The position numbers were made by a program, and so were the translations under genes. The notes below the pieces were generated by a model. It searched no databases and was not told the origin of the DNA. It was given only the letters and a program-made list of their open reading frames with translations. Positions 1 to 8,771 of a stretch of 53,768 bases of DNA are shown piece by piece. The DNA is from Bacteroidales bacterium. GTDB lineage: Bacteria > Bacteroidota > Bacteroidia > Bacteroidales > VadinHA17. Numbering within the stretch: the first letter of the stretch is position 1; each line of letters starts with the position of its first letter. The stretch spans positions 1 through 53,768 of the forward strand of contig DATKXL010000077.1 of assembly GCA_035529055.1 (NCBI GenBank), in the 5' to 3' direction.

Positions 1-261
1 GTACCTGTAATCCCCTTTTCTGTCGGTTTTAAAGTCAATATTCATAAAAACCTTGGTTTGGAAGCCGAATATGGTTTTCGTAAAACTTTTTATGATAACT
101 TTGACGGCTTAAAAGATTTGGTTGATCCATCTGACTATGCATGGCTCCATAATAATGACTGGTATTCATTTGTTGGTATAGCGTTGACCTGGAAAATCTT
201 TAACAGACTGGCCGGTTGTCCGGCATTTAATGATGTGGATAACAAAAGAAAGCGCAAGTAG
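1..261 (+). CDS. 3' end of a gene entering from the left edge; probable outer-membrane beta-barrel protein (C-terminal part)
   Basis: Frame 1 is open from base 1 to TAG at 259-261, so the 58..261 track ORF is only its tail. It has an alternating aromatic/hydrophobic strand-like pattern (EAEYGFRKTFY, WYSFVGIALTWKIF) and sits directly upstream of uppS-bamA. Confidence 0.4.
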   Translation, partial: VPVIPFSVGFKVNIHKNLGLEAEYGFRKTFYDNFDGLKDLVDPSDYAWLHNNDWYSFVGIALTWKIFNRLAGCPAFNDVDNKRKRK

Positions 262-263
262 GT

Positions 264-1010
264 ATGTCGCTGAGAGATAAGATTAAAACAGACAGATTGC
301 CAACCCATGTGGCAATTATTATGGATGGCAACGGAAGATGGGCCAGGCAGAAAGGTATGGACAGAATCTTTGGCCATCATGAGGGGGTAAAAGCAGTCAG
401 AGAAGTTATTGAAAGCGCCGCCGGATTAGGGATAAAATATTTAACACTTTATGCGTTTTCGACTGAAAACTGGGGCCGGCCGGATGATGAAGTAACTGCG
501 TTAATGAGCATTATGGTGCAATCGCTTAATGATGAAACAGATACATTAATAAAAAACAATATCAGGCTTAATGCTATAGGCGATGTGGACAGGCTTGCAA
601 AGGATGTAAAGGCCAGACTGTTTGAAACAATCCGGCTTACTTCCGGAGCTACCGGACTAAATCTGGTTATTGCCATGAGCTATAGTTCACGCTGGGAAAT
701 AATGGAAGCTGCCCGGAAATTGTCATCTGATGCATGCAGTGGGAAAATTGAACCTGAATCGGTCAGTGAATCAGATTTTGAAAAATATCTGACTACTTAC
801 GGGATGCCTGATCCTGAGTTAATGATCAGAACGAGTGGAGAATTAAGACTGAGCAATTTCCTTTTATGGCAGCTGGCATATGCAGAATTTTATTTTACTG
901 AAATACTTTGGCCTGATTTTGGTAAAGAAGATTTCTATGAAGCAATAATTGACTTCCAGAAAAGGGAAAGAAGGTTTGGAAAGAGCAGTGAACAGTTGCT
1001 GGATAAATGA
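264..1010 (+). CDS. uppS: Undecaprenyl-diphosphate synthase (cis-isoprenyl transferase)
   Basis: Classic motifs HVAIIMDGNGRWA, YLTLYAFSTENW, IRTSGELRLSNFLLWQLAYAEFYF; about 248 aa; synteny with bamA. Confidence 0.95.
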   Translation: MSLRDKIKTDRLPTHVAIIMDGNGRWARQKGMDRIFGHHEGVKAVREVIESAAGLGIKYLTLYAFSTENWGRPDDEVTALMSIMVQSLNDETDTLIKNNIRLNAIGDVDRLAKDVKARLFETIRLTSGATGLNLVIAMSYSSRWEIMEAARKLSSDACSGKIEPESVSESDFEKYLTTYGMPDPELMIRTSGELRLSNFLLWQLAYAEFYFTEILWPDFGKEDFYEAIIDFQKRERRFGKSSEQLLDK

Positions 1011-1017
1011 TCAAATA

Positions 1018-3534
1018 ATGGTAGTTAAAAGATTTAAAAGTATTGCCGTCTCAATAGCCCTGATCCTGACAGGCTTTATCCTGAGTGCACAGGAAAATCA
1101 GGAGATTCTTGATTATTCAGTTTCTGAAGATTATAAAATCGGAGGTATTACTATTTCCGGTGTCAGATTTCTTGATCCGAATGCTCTTATCGGAATTTCA
1201 GGCCTCAGAATTGGCAGAGAAGTCTCCATACCTGGAGACGCAATAACTATGGCAGTTCAAAAATTATGGCAGCAGGGCCTCTTTTCAGATGTCAGGGTCA
1301 CAATAGCGGAAATTAAATCTGATACAGTTTTTCTTGATATTTATCTTCAGGAGAGACCCCGCATTTCATCAATCAGATTCACCGGATTAAAAAATACTGA
1401 GACACAGGATCTTGTAAAAAAAGTAAATTTGCCGATAGGTTCTCAGCTTACAACATATATTATAAATAATGCCAGCAAGATCATCAAAGATCATTTTGTT
1501 GAAAAAGGATTTCTGAATACCGAAGTAGATTTTATTCAGAAGGATGATCCTGATCAGCCCAACAATATTATTCTCACTATCGAGGTCGATAAAAAAGAAA
1601 AAGTGAAGATTTCTGAAATAACTTTTATCGGGAATGACGACTTTGATGAAAAGCAGCTTCGCAGGAAGATGAAAAACACAAAGAAAAAGAATCTTAACTT
1701 TTTCAAGGCTTCGAAATATATAGGAGACAAATATGATGAGGACAAAGAGAGCCTGTTCACTTTTTATAATGATAACGGATATAAAGATTTTACGATTATT
1801 TCCGATTCTCTTTACCCGGTTTCTGAAGACAGGGTAGGTCTTGTGTTAAAAATTGATGAAGGCAAACAGTATTTCTTAAGAAATGTCGATTGGGTTGGTA
1901 ACAGTGTTTATAAAAAAGAGGATCTTGAAATAATATTCAATATCAAGAAAGGTTCAGTATATAACCAGTCACTTATATCCGACAGGTTAAATGGCACAGC
2001 AGGGGCCCAGGATGCAGTAAGCTCACTTTATCAGGATTTTGGTTACCTGTTTTCAAAGCTGATACCTGTTGAATCAAAGATTGAAAATGATTCCATCGAT
2101 TTGGAAATCAGAATATTTGAAGGTGATCAGGCTTACCTTAACAATATTATTATCTCCGGGAACACCAGAACAAATGAACATGTAGCACGTCGTGAACTAT
2201 ACACTCTCCCGGGAGATCTGTTCAGCAAAGACAAGATTATCAGGTCAATACGCCAGCTGGGTGTTATCGGGCATTTTGACCCTGAAAAGATCAATCCCAC
2301 ACCGCTCGCTGATCCCACAAACGGAACGGTTGATCTGCTATATAAACTGGAGGAAAGAGCAAACGATCAGTTTGAGGTCTCCGGAGGCTGGGGAGCAGGG
2401 ATGCTGGTGGGCACGGTTGGAGTAAGGTTCAACAACTTTGCCATGCGTAATTTTTTCAAACTGAAGGAATGGAGACCTTATCCATCCGGCGACGGACAAT
2501 CATTAAGCATCAGGGCTCAGTCGAACGGGCGTATTTACCAGTCTTATAATATCTCTTTTGTGGAACCATGGTTAGGAGGTAAAAAACCCAATACATTCTC
2601 TGTTTCGCTTTACAGGTCGTTAATGACCAATGGAAAGAGAAAAGATGAGGATGGCCGGCAGTCAATGATCATAGACGGGGCTAGTATGGGTTTTGGAAAA
2701 AGGCTTGAATGGCCTGACGATTTCTTCTCAATGTATGGTGAATTAAGTTATCAGAGATATAACCTGACTAATTACAATGTCATGCGTTTCCTTTTTGAGA
2801 ACGGCGCATCCAATCTTATCAGTCTGACAACAAAACTTACAAGGTTCTCGACCAGCCCGAACCTTATTTATCCAAGGAGCGGATCCTCGTTTACATTTTC
2901 GCTCCAGGCAACCCCGCCATATTCATTTATTAGCGGAAGAAATATGGCAAATGTTAGCGATGAAGTAAAATATAACTGGATTGAATTCCATAAATGGTTA
3001 TTTAAAGCTGACTATTATTACCCGATTACAAAAGATCACAAAATGGTCCTCAATGCTCGGTTTGCATTCGGATACCTTGGACATTATAATAGAGATATAG
3101 GACCGTCACCCTTTGAGAACTTCTATCTCGGAGGCGACGGTATGACGGGATACAGCTTTTATGGCCGTGAAGTTATAGCTTTGAGAGGTTATACAAATGG
3201 CTCTCTGACACCGACTGATCCTGTTAGGGGTGCCCCGGCAGGTAATGTTTATTCCAAAATTACTTTTGAGCTCAGATATCCGATTTCGCTGAATCAGCAG
3301 GCAACTATTTATGCACTTACTTTCCTTGAAGCAGGGAGGGCATGGTATCAGCTCAGGGAGTATAATCCCTTCAAGATGAACCGGTCAGCAGGTATAGGAC
3401 TAAGGGCTAACCTGCCAATGTTCGGCCTCCTCGGGATTGATTGGGGTTATGGTTTCGATCAGGTACCCGATCCTTCTTCTTATCCAAGCGCAAATAAATC
3501 ACAATTTCATTTTGTTATAGGTCAACAGTTTTAA
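1018..3534 (+). CDS. bamA: Outer membrane protein assembly factor BamA (POTRA repeats plus Omp85 barrel)
   Basis: The in-frame ATG at 1018 gives the signal peptide MVVKRFKSIAVSIALILTGFILSAQE. The track start at 949 would overlap uppS. POTRA-like repeats are followed by a C-terminal barrel ending ...FHFVIGQQF (terminal Phe). uppS-bamA-ompH synteny supports the call. Confidence 0.92.
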   Translation: MVVKRFKSIAVSIALILTGFILSAQENQEILDYSVSEDYKIGGITISGVRFLDPNALIGISGLRIGREVSIPGDAITMAVQKLWQQGLFSDVRVTIAEIKSDTVFLDIYLQERPRISSIRFTGLKNTETQDLVKKVNLPIGSQLTTYIINNASKIIKDHFVEKGFLNTEVDFIQKDDPDQPNNIILTIEVDKKEKVKISEITFIGNDDFDEKQLRRKMKNTKKKNLNFFKASKYIGDKYDEDKESLFTFYNDNGYKDFTIISDSLYPVSEDRVGLVLKIDEGKQYFLRNVDWVGNSVYKKEDLEIIFNIKKGSVYNQSLISDRLNGTAGAQDAVSSLYQDFGYLFSKLIPVESKIENDSIDLEIRIFEGDQAYLNNIIISGNTRTNEHVARRELYTLPGDLFSKDKIIRSIRQLGVIGHFDPEKINPTPLADPTNGTVDLLYKLEERANDQFEVSGGWGAGMLVGTVGVRFNNFAMRNFFKLKEWRPYPSGDGQSLSIRAQSNGRIYQSYNISFVEPWLGGKKPNTFSVSLYRSLMTNGKRKDEDGRQSMIIDGASMGFGKRLEWPDDFFSMYGELSYQRYNLTNYNVMRFLFENGASNLISLTTKLTRFSTSPNLIYPRSGSSFTFSLQATPPYSFISGRNMANVSDEVKYNWIEFHKWLFKADYYYPITKDHKMVLNARFAFGYLGHYNRDIGPSPFENFYLGGDGMTGYSFYGREVIALRGYTNGSLTPTDPVRGAPAGNVYSKITFELRYPISLNQQATIYALTFLEAGRAWYQLREYNPFKMNRSAGIGLRANLPMFGLLGIDWGYGFDQVPDPSSYPSANKSQFHFVIGQQF

Positions 3535-3559
3535 TCAGGTAAATTTTAAAATTAAAGTC

Positions 3560-4075
3560 ATGAAAAAAATAGGTTTTATAATAGGTGTGTTTATTCTGAC
3601 TTCGGCTATGGCTGCAGCTCAGAAATATGGTTTTGTAGATTCCGAGTATATCAGAAAGAATATCCCTGCTTTCAATGCAGCACAGGAACAGCTCGATAAA
3701 TTATCCCAAACATGGGAAAAAGAGGTAGCTGACGGCTATGCTATTGTTGAACAGATGTACAAATCATATCAGAATGAGGCTGTTCTTCTGTCGCAGGACA
3801 TGAAAATCAAAAGGGAAGAAGCTATCATTAATAAAGAAAAAGAGATGAAAGAACTCCAGAACAAGTACTTTGGGATGGAGGGAGAACTTTTTAAGAAAAG
3901 AGAAGAACTGGTGAAACCAATCCAGGACGAGATTCTAAAAGCGATAAAAACGGTTGCTGCAGAGGGAAGTTATGCAGTAATCTTTGATTCTGCTGCAGGT
4001 GGCAATATACTCTTCGCCAATCCGAAATTTGATATCAGCGATCAGATACTGGAAAAATTAGGTTATAAAAATTAA
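3560..4075 (+). CDS. OmpH/Skp-family periplasmic chaperone (copy 1)
   Basis: Signal peptide, about 170 aa, Lys/Glu/Gln-rich coiled-coil core, conserved ends (YGFVDSEYI..., AVIFDS), immediately downstream of bamA. Confidence 0.85.
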   Translation: MKKIGFIIGVFILTSAMAAAQKYGFVDSEYIRKNIPAFNAAQEQLDKLSQTWEKEVADGYAIVEQMYKSYQNEAVLLSQDMKIKREEAIINKEKEMKELQNKYFGMEGELFKKREELVKPIQDEILKAIKTVAAEGSYAVIFDSAAGGNILFANPKFDISDQILEKLGYKN

Positions 4076-4112
4076 ATAATTACATTTGCAATCATAAAAT
4101 AAAATATTAAAC

Positions 4113-4637
4113 ATGAAAAGATTTTTAGGAGTTGTGTCCCTTGTTCTGGTGATGACATTTTTGGGGCAATATGCTATTGGACAGAGCTTTAAGTTTGGAC
4201 ATATTAACAGGAATGAACTCATTCAGGGACTGCCTGAATTTGATTCGGCAAGAGTTCAGCTGGAGAAACTGAGTACCGATCTTTCGAATGCTCTCGAGAT
4301 GTTACAAGTCGAATATAATAACAAAGCTGATGCTTATCTGAAAGCAAGTAAAACTCTCACTGACCTTGTCAGGCAGACAAAAGAACAGGAACTGCAGGAT
4401 TACCAGAACAGGATGCAGACTTTTCAGGTGAATGCACAGAATCAGCTTCAGGAGAAACAGGTTGCACTATTCACTCCGATAACCACTAAAGCCGATAAGG
4501 CTATAAAAGATGTCGGAAAAGAAAATGGTTATATCTATATTTTTGATACGTCGCCGGGAGGGCAGGTTATATATTTTGATGAGGCAAAAAGCACTAATGT
4601 CATGGCTCTTGCCAAGGCAAAGCTCGGACTTAAATAA
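4113..4637 (+). CDS. OmpH/Skp-family periplasmic chaperone (copy 2, tandem paralogue)
   Basis: Same architecture as the preceding gene (signal peptide, FKFGHIN..., coiled coil, YIYIFD). A tandem ompH pair after bamA is typical of Bacteroidota. Confidence 0.85.
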   Translation: MKRFLGVVSLVLVMTFLGQYAIGQSFKFGHINRNELIQGLPEFDSARVQLEKLSTDLSNALEMLQVEYNNKADAYLKASKTLTDLVRQTKEQELQDYQNRMQTFQVNAQNQLQEKQVALFTPITTKADKAIKDVGKENGYIYIFDTSPGGQVIYFDEAKSTNVMALAKAKLGLK

Positions 4638-4655
4638 ATTTCGTAATTTAAACCG

Positions 4656-4688
4656 ATGACCATCCTTGTCGGGATGGTCATTTTTTTA
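4656..4688 (+). terminator. Rho-independent terminator after the second ompH
   Basis: Perfect 10-bp stem ATGACCATCC (4656-4665) / GGATGGTCAT (4672-4681), 6-nt loop TTGTCG, then a T-run at 4681-4687. Confidence 0.7.
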
Positions 4689-4700
4689 TATACTGTCAAA

Positions 4701-5501
4701 GTGAAAGAACAACCAATCGGAATATTTGATTCAGGTGTAGGAGGACTAACTGTTGCACATGCAATTAAACAGATCCTGCCTGGCGAAAGTCTTGTCTATT
4801 TTGGCGACACAGCCCATTTGCCTTATGGGGATAAATCCGAGGAATCAATCAGGTTCTATTCACGGAAAATCACGGAGTTCCTGCTTGAACAAAATGCAAA
4901 GGTTATCCTTGTAGCCTGTAATTCAGCCTCAGCTTCTGCTTTCGATTTTTTAAAAGAGCAATTTCGTGGCAGAACTATCCTTATTGATGTGATTGATCCT
5001 GTCGTAGATTATTTAAGCACTAAAAGTTTTAATAAGATAGGGGTTATAGGAACCAAAAGAACAGTAAGTTCAGGGACATATGATCATAAGCTCATGGAAA
5101 AATCTCCGGGTACTTCAGTGGTTTCACTGGCTACTCCGTTGCTTGTTCCAATGATCGAGGAGGGATTTATTTTTGATGATATAAGTAATGCAATTATACG
5201 AACATATCTCTCAAACGAATCATTTTCCGGGATCCAGGCTTTAATACTTGCTTGCACTCACTACCCGATCATAAAAAACCAGATCAGCAAATTTTTTAAT
5301 TTTAATGTCGAAGTAATCGACTCGGCCAGGATTGTATCCCATATACTCAGGGATCTGCTCGAAAAGAATCAGCTTTTAAATGATTCCGGAGTTATCACCG
5401 ACCAGTTTTTCATCTCTGATTACACACCTTATTTCGAAAAGATTGCCAGAATGTTTTTTGAAGGTGATATAAACCTCAGGAAAGCCGATATCTGGAGTTA
5501 A
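4701..5501 (+). CDS. murI: Glutamate racemase
   Basis: IGIFDSGVGGLTV, ILVACNSASA and LACTHYP motifs. I prefer the in-frame GTG at 4701 because the track ATG at 4656 lies inside the upstream terminator hairpin. Confidence 0.88.
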   Translation: MKEQPIGIFDSGVGGLTVAHAIKQILPGESLVYFGDTAHLPYGDKSEESIRFYSRKITEFLLEQNAKVILVACNSASASAFDFLKEQFRGRTILIDVIDPVVDYLSTKSFNKIGVIGTKRTVSSGTYDHKLMEKSPGTSVVSLATPLLVPMIEEGFIFDDISNAIIRTYLSNESFSGIQALILACTHYPIIKNQISKFFNFNVEVIDSARIVSHILRDLLEKNQLLNDSGVITDQFFISDYTPYFEKIARMFFEGDINLRKADIWS

Positions 5502-5618
5502 AGTTTTTTGCCTGATACCCTCGTAAAAGTATGATTAATATCATTCAGAAAAACAGATGTATATCAGATTTGTAATTCTTAATTTTCATAATTTTGTAAA
5601 CCCTAAGCAATAAAAAAA

Positions 5619-5713
5619 CTTTGGGTGCCTTAGTGATATCCTTTGTGTACCTTAGTGGTTTAATCTTTTATAACCACACGAGGCACACCAAGTTCACACT
5701 AAGGAACGCCAAG
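5619..5713. repeat. Composite inverted array of four ~17-19-nt units (CTTNGNGTNCCTTAGTG-like) in the korA leader
   Basis: Direct copies at 5619-5635 (ctttgggtgccttagtg) and 5641-5657 (ctttgtgtaccttagtg). Inverted copies at 5674-5692 (ccacacgaggcacaccaag) and 5695-5713 (cacactaaggaacgccaag). Confidence 0.6.
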
Positions 5714-5789
5714 AAAATCAAAACATTAGTTTTCAGAATTTGATATATCCTGGTTATTTAAGGTAGTTGCTTGTAATACAATTAGTATA

Positions 5790-7634
5790 ATGGATAAAAG
5801 ATCAAAGGTTATTGAAAAAGAAGAAGTAGTGATCAGATTTTCGGGCGATTCAGGAGACGGGATGCAATTAACAGGCACTCTGTTTTCTGATACTGCTGCA
5901 TTGTACGGTAACGATTTATCTACTTTTCCTGATTATCCCGCCGAGATTCGTGCTCCTCAGGGTTCAGTGGGAGGTGTATCAGGGTTTCAGATCCACATGG
6001 GCCATTCCGAAATACATACTCCGGGAGATTATGCCGATGTCCTTGTTGCAATGAATCCTGCTGCGATCAAAGCTAATGCAAAGTGGACAAAGAAAGGTGG
6101 CACCATTATTTATGACAAAGATAATTTCACTGATAAAAACATTGAAAAAGCAGGCTATGAAAAAGATCCTGTAACGGAAGAGAAGCTTGACAGTTTCAAT
6201 GTGATAGCAGTTCCTATCACATCGATGGTAAAACAAGCTCTTAAGGATTTCGGGCTTGATCCGAAATCGGTTCTGAGAACAAAGAATATGTTTGCTCTTG
6301 GAATGGTTTACTGGCTTTTCGACCGTAAGCTAAATTATACGGAACGGTATTTTGAAAAGAAATTTCAAAAAAGACCTGAGATAGCCGAAGCTAACAAAAT
6401 TGCTCTGCGTGCCGGATATTATTATGCCGAAACAATTGAAGCGTTGAATCCGGTTATCAGGATAAGTCCCGCACCAATAGCCAAAGGAACATACAGAAAC
6501 ATATGCGGTAATGCTGCCACTGCCTGGGGACTGTTGGCAGCTGCGGAAAGAGCAGGATTAAAACTATTCATAGGTTCTTACCCTATTACCCCTGCAACAG
6601 GTATTCTTGAAGAGCTTTCAGCCCGAAAAGATCTGGGGGTCAAAAGCTTTCAGGCCGAAGATGAGATTGCCGGGATATGCACGGCTTTGGGAGCCTCCTT
6701 TGCCGGAGACCTGGCTGTTACATCAACTTCCGGTCCTGGATTGGCACTTAAATCTGAAGCTATTGGTCTCGCCGTAATGGCTGAGCTCCCGATAGTAATC
6801 ATAAATGTACAGCGTGGCGGCCCCTCAACAGGACTGCCTACCAAAACGGAACAGGCCGATCTGATGCAGGCTCTTTATGGCCGTAACGGGGAGTGCCCGG
6901 TTGTTGTAATTGCTGCCAGCACCCCCTCTGATTGCTTCCATTTTGCATATGAAGCAGCAAAAATAGCACTCGAACACATGACCCCTGTGATATTGCTGAC
7001 TGACAGTTATTTAGCAAATGGTTCCGAACCATGGAAAATACCTGAGATGAAGTCGCTTCCTGAAATTCATCCTCCCTTTGCTGACAAAAGCGAAACTCCG
7101 TTTTTACCTTATAAACGGGATAAGGAGAAACTCACAAGATTTTGGGCAAAGCCGGGAACAGCGGGTCTGGAACACAGGATCGGTGGACTTGAAAAAACTG
7201 TTAAAGGGACCGTATCCTACATCCCTGAGAATCATGAAATGATGGTGAAATTCCGCGCTGAAAAAGTTGAAAGGATAAGTGAAAGAATACCTGAACTTAC
7301 ACTTTTTGGTGAGAGCCAGGGTGACTTGCTTGTTACAGGCTGGGGTGGGTCACATGGTTATTTGATTACAGCAGTTAGTGAATTGCAGGCGGAGGGTCAC
7401 AGGGTAAGCCTGGTGAACTTTAATTACATCAATCCCTTGCCAAAGAATGTAAGAGATATTTTCACCAATTTTAAGAAAATAGTGGTTTGTGAACTTAACA
7501 TGGGACAATTTGCTGATTATCTGCGGATGAATTACCAGGAGTTCACTTATGAACAGATTAATAAGGTTCAGGGACTGCCGTTTACTGTTTATGAAATAAA
7601 AGAAAAATGCATCACAATACTGAAGGGAGACTGA
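5790..7634 (+). CDS. korA: 2-oxoglutarate/2-oxoacid:ferredoxin oxidoreductase, alpha subunit (fused gamma+alpha type)
   Basis: 614 aa. N-terminal IRFSGDSGDGMQLTG, central GSYPITPAT and QRGGPSTGLPTKTEQADL motifs of the OFOR alpha subunit. Followed 1 nt later by the TPP-binding beta subunit. Confidence 0.88.
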   Translation: MDKRSKVIEKEEVVIRFSGDSGDGMQLTGTLFSDTAALYGNDLSTFPDYPAEIRAPQGSVGGVSGFQIHMGHSEIHTPGDYADVLVAMNPAAIKANAKWTKKGGTIIYDKDNFTDKNIEKAGYEKDPVTEEKLDSFNVIAVPITSMVKQALKDFGLDPKSVLRTKNMFALGMVYWLFDRKLNYTERYFEKKFQKRPEIAEANKIALRAGYYYAETIEALNPVIRISPAPIAKGTYRNICGNAATAWGLLAAAERAGLKLFIGSYPITPATGILEELSARKDLGVKSFQAEDEIAGICTALGASFAGDLAVTSTSGPGLALKSEAIGLAVMAELPIVIINVQRGGPSTGLPTKTEQADLMQALYGRNGECPVVVIAASTPSDCFHFAYEAAKIALEHMTPVILLTDSYLANGSEPWKIPEMKSLPEIHPPFADKSETPFLPYKRDKEKLTRFWAKPGTAGLEHRIGGLEKTVKGTVSYIPENHEMMVKFRAEKVERISERIPELTLFGESQGDLLVTGWGGSHGYLITAVSELQAEGHRVSLVNFNYINPLPKNVRDIFTNFKKIVVCELNMGQFADYLRMNYQEFTYEQINKVQGLPFTVYEIKEKCITILKGD

Positions 7635-7635
7635 T

Positions 7636-8658
7636 ATGACAAATCTAGTTGTGAATCAAAGTAATCCAAAGGATTTTAAGAGCGACCAGGAAGTAAGATG
7701 GTGCCCTGGCTGCGGTGACCATGCTGTTTTAAATGCAGTTCAGAAAGCTCTTTCAGAACTTGGAATCCCAAGGGAAAAGTTCGTTTTTGTCTCAGGAATA
7801 GGATGCTCTTCAAGATTCCCTTATTACATGAATACTTACGGTTTTCATGGTATCCATGGGCGGGCATCAGCAATCGCCACCGGAGTAAAAACTGCGAATC
7901 CTGAACTTTCGGTATGGCAGATTACAGGAGATGGTGATGCCCTCGCAATAGGCGGTAACCACTTTATTCATGCAATCAGACGTAATATTGATATCAACAT
8001 AATTTTGTTCAACAATGAAATATACGGTCTGACGAAAGGTCAGTATTCGCCAACCTCCGAGAGGGGACTGGTTACAAAAACTTCTCCTTTCGGTACAGTA
8101 GAAGAACCTTTTTCAGTAGGAGAACTTGTGATTGGAGCAAAAGGTAAATTCTTTGCCCGTACCCTTGACACAAGTGTTTCACTTTCAACACAGATTTACG
8201 TTGAAGCAGCAAAACACAAAGGTACTTCCGTAGTTGAGGTCCTGCAAAACTGCATAATTTTCAATGACGGTATTCATGATACTATTGCCGGTAAGGAGGT
8301 CAGAGAAGACAGGACTATCATTCTCAAACATGGAGAACCAATGATCTTTGGTAAGGGAAATGACAAAGGGCTTATCCTTGATGGGTTAAAACTCAGGGTG
8401 GTTAAGCTTAGTGAAAATGAATATAACGAAAAAAATGTACTGGTGCATGATGCCACCGAACCTAATCCCGGGATACAGTATATGCTTGCAAATATGAGGC
8501 ACCCCGAGTACCCTGTAGCATTAGGTGTTATAAGATCGGTCGCCGGATCCACTTATGAAGTTTCAATCGAAAATCAGATCGATGAGATTCGAAAAACATC
8601 AAAAATAAAGTGCATGGATGACCTTCTGTCCAGTGGATCAATATGGAAGGTGGAATAA
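7636..8658 (+). CDS. korB: 2-oxoglutarate/2-oxoacid:ferredoxin oxidoreductase, beta (TPP-binding) subunit
   Basis: WCPGCGDH near the N-terminus and GDGDALAIGGNHFIHAIRRNIDI (TPP motif); about 340 aa; coupled to korA. Confidence 0.88.
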   Translation: MTNLVVNQSNPKDFKSDQEVRWCPGCGDHAVLNAVQKALSELGIPREKFVFVSGIGCSSRFPYYMNTYGFHGIHGRASAIATGVKTANPELSVWQITGDGDALAIGGNHFIHAIRRNIDINIILFNNEIYGLTKGQYSPTSERGLVTKTSPFGTVEEPFSVGELVIGAKGKFFARTLDTSVSLSTQIYVEAAKHKGTSVVEVLQNCIIFNDGIHDTIAGKEVREDRTIILKHGEPMIFGKGNDKGLILDGLKLRVVKLSENEYNEKNVLVHDATEPNPGIQYMLANMRHPEYPVALGVIRSVAGSTYEVSIENQIDEIRKTSKIKCMDDLLSSGSIWKVE

Positions 8659-8771
8659 GTGTACATATCACACTTCTATTTCCCAAATACACTTAATATG
8701 ATTCTCAGCATCACCGGGGATAACGGTAATTTTAGTAATTTTAAAAATTAATCTGATCACCTCGTTACCGG

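Noticed and set aside
949-1017. Upstream extension of the bamA ORF overlapping the end of uppS (MTSRKGKEGLERAVNSCWINDQI...).
   Set aside because: The extension is just the alternative frame of the uppS 3' end. The ATG at 1018 gives a proper signal peptide immediately after the uppS stop.
4656-4700. ATG at 4656 as the murI start (MTILVGMVIFLYTVK...).
   Set aside because: These 15 codons are the stem-loop and T-run of the ompH terminator. The conserved racemase sequence begins right after the GTG at 4701.
5619-5713. Whether any of the short repeat arrays (5619-5713, 48921-49003, 52662-52794) is a CRISPR array or a MITE/IS remnant.
   Set aside because: The units are only 6-19 nt, irregularly spaced, partly inverted and lack unique spacers of 25-40 nt. 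No cas, transposase or terminal-inverted-repeat/target-duplication structure is nearby.
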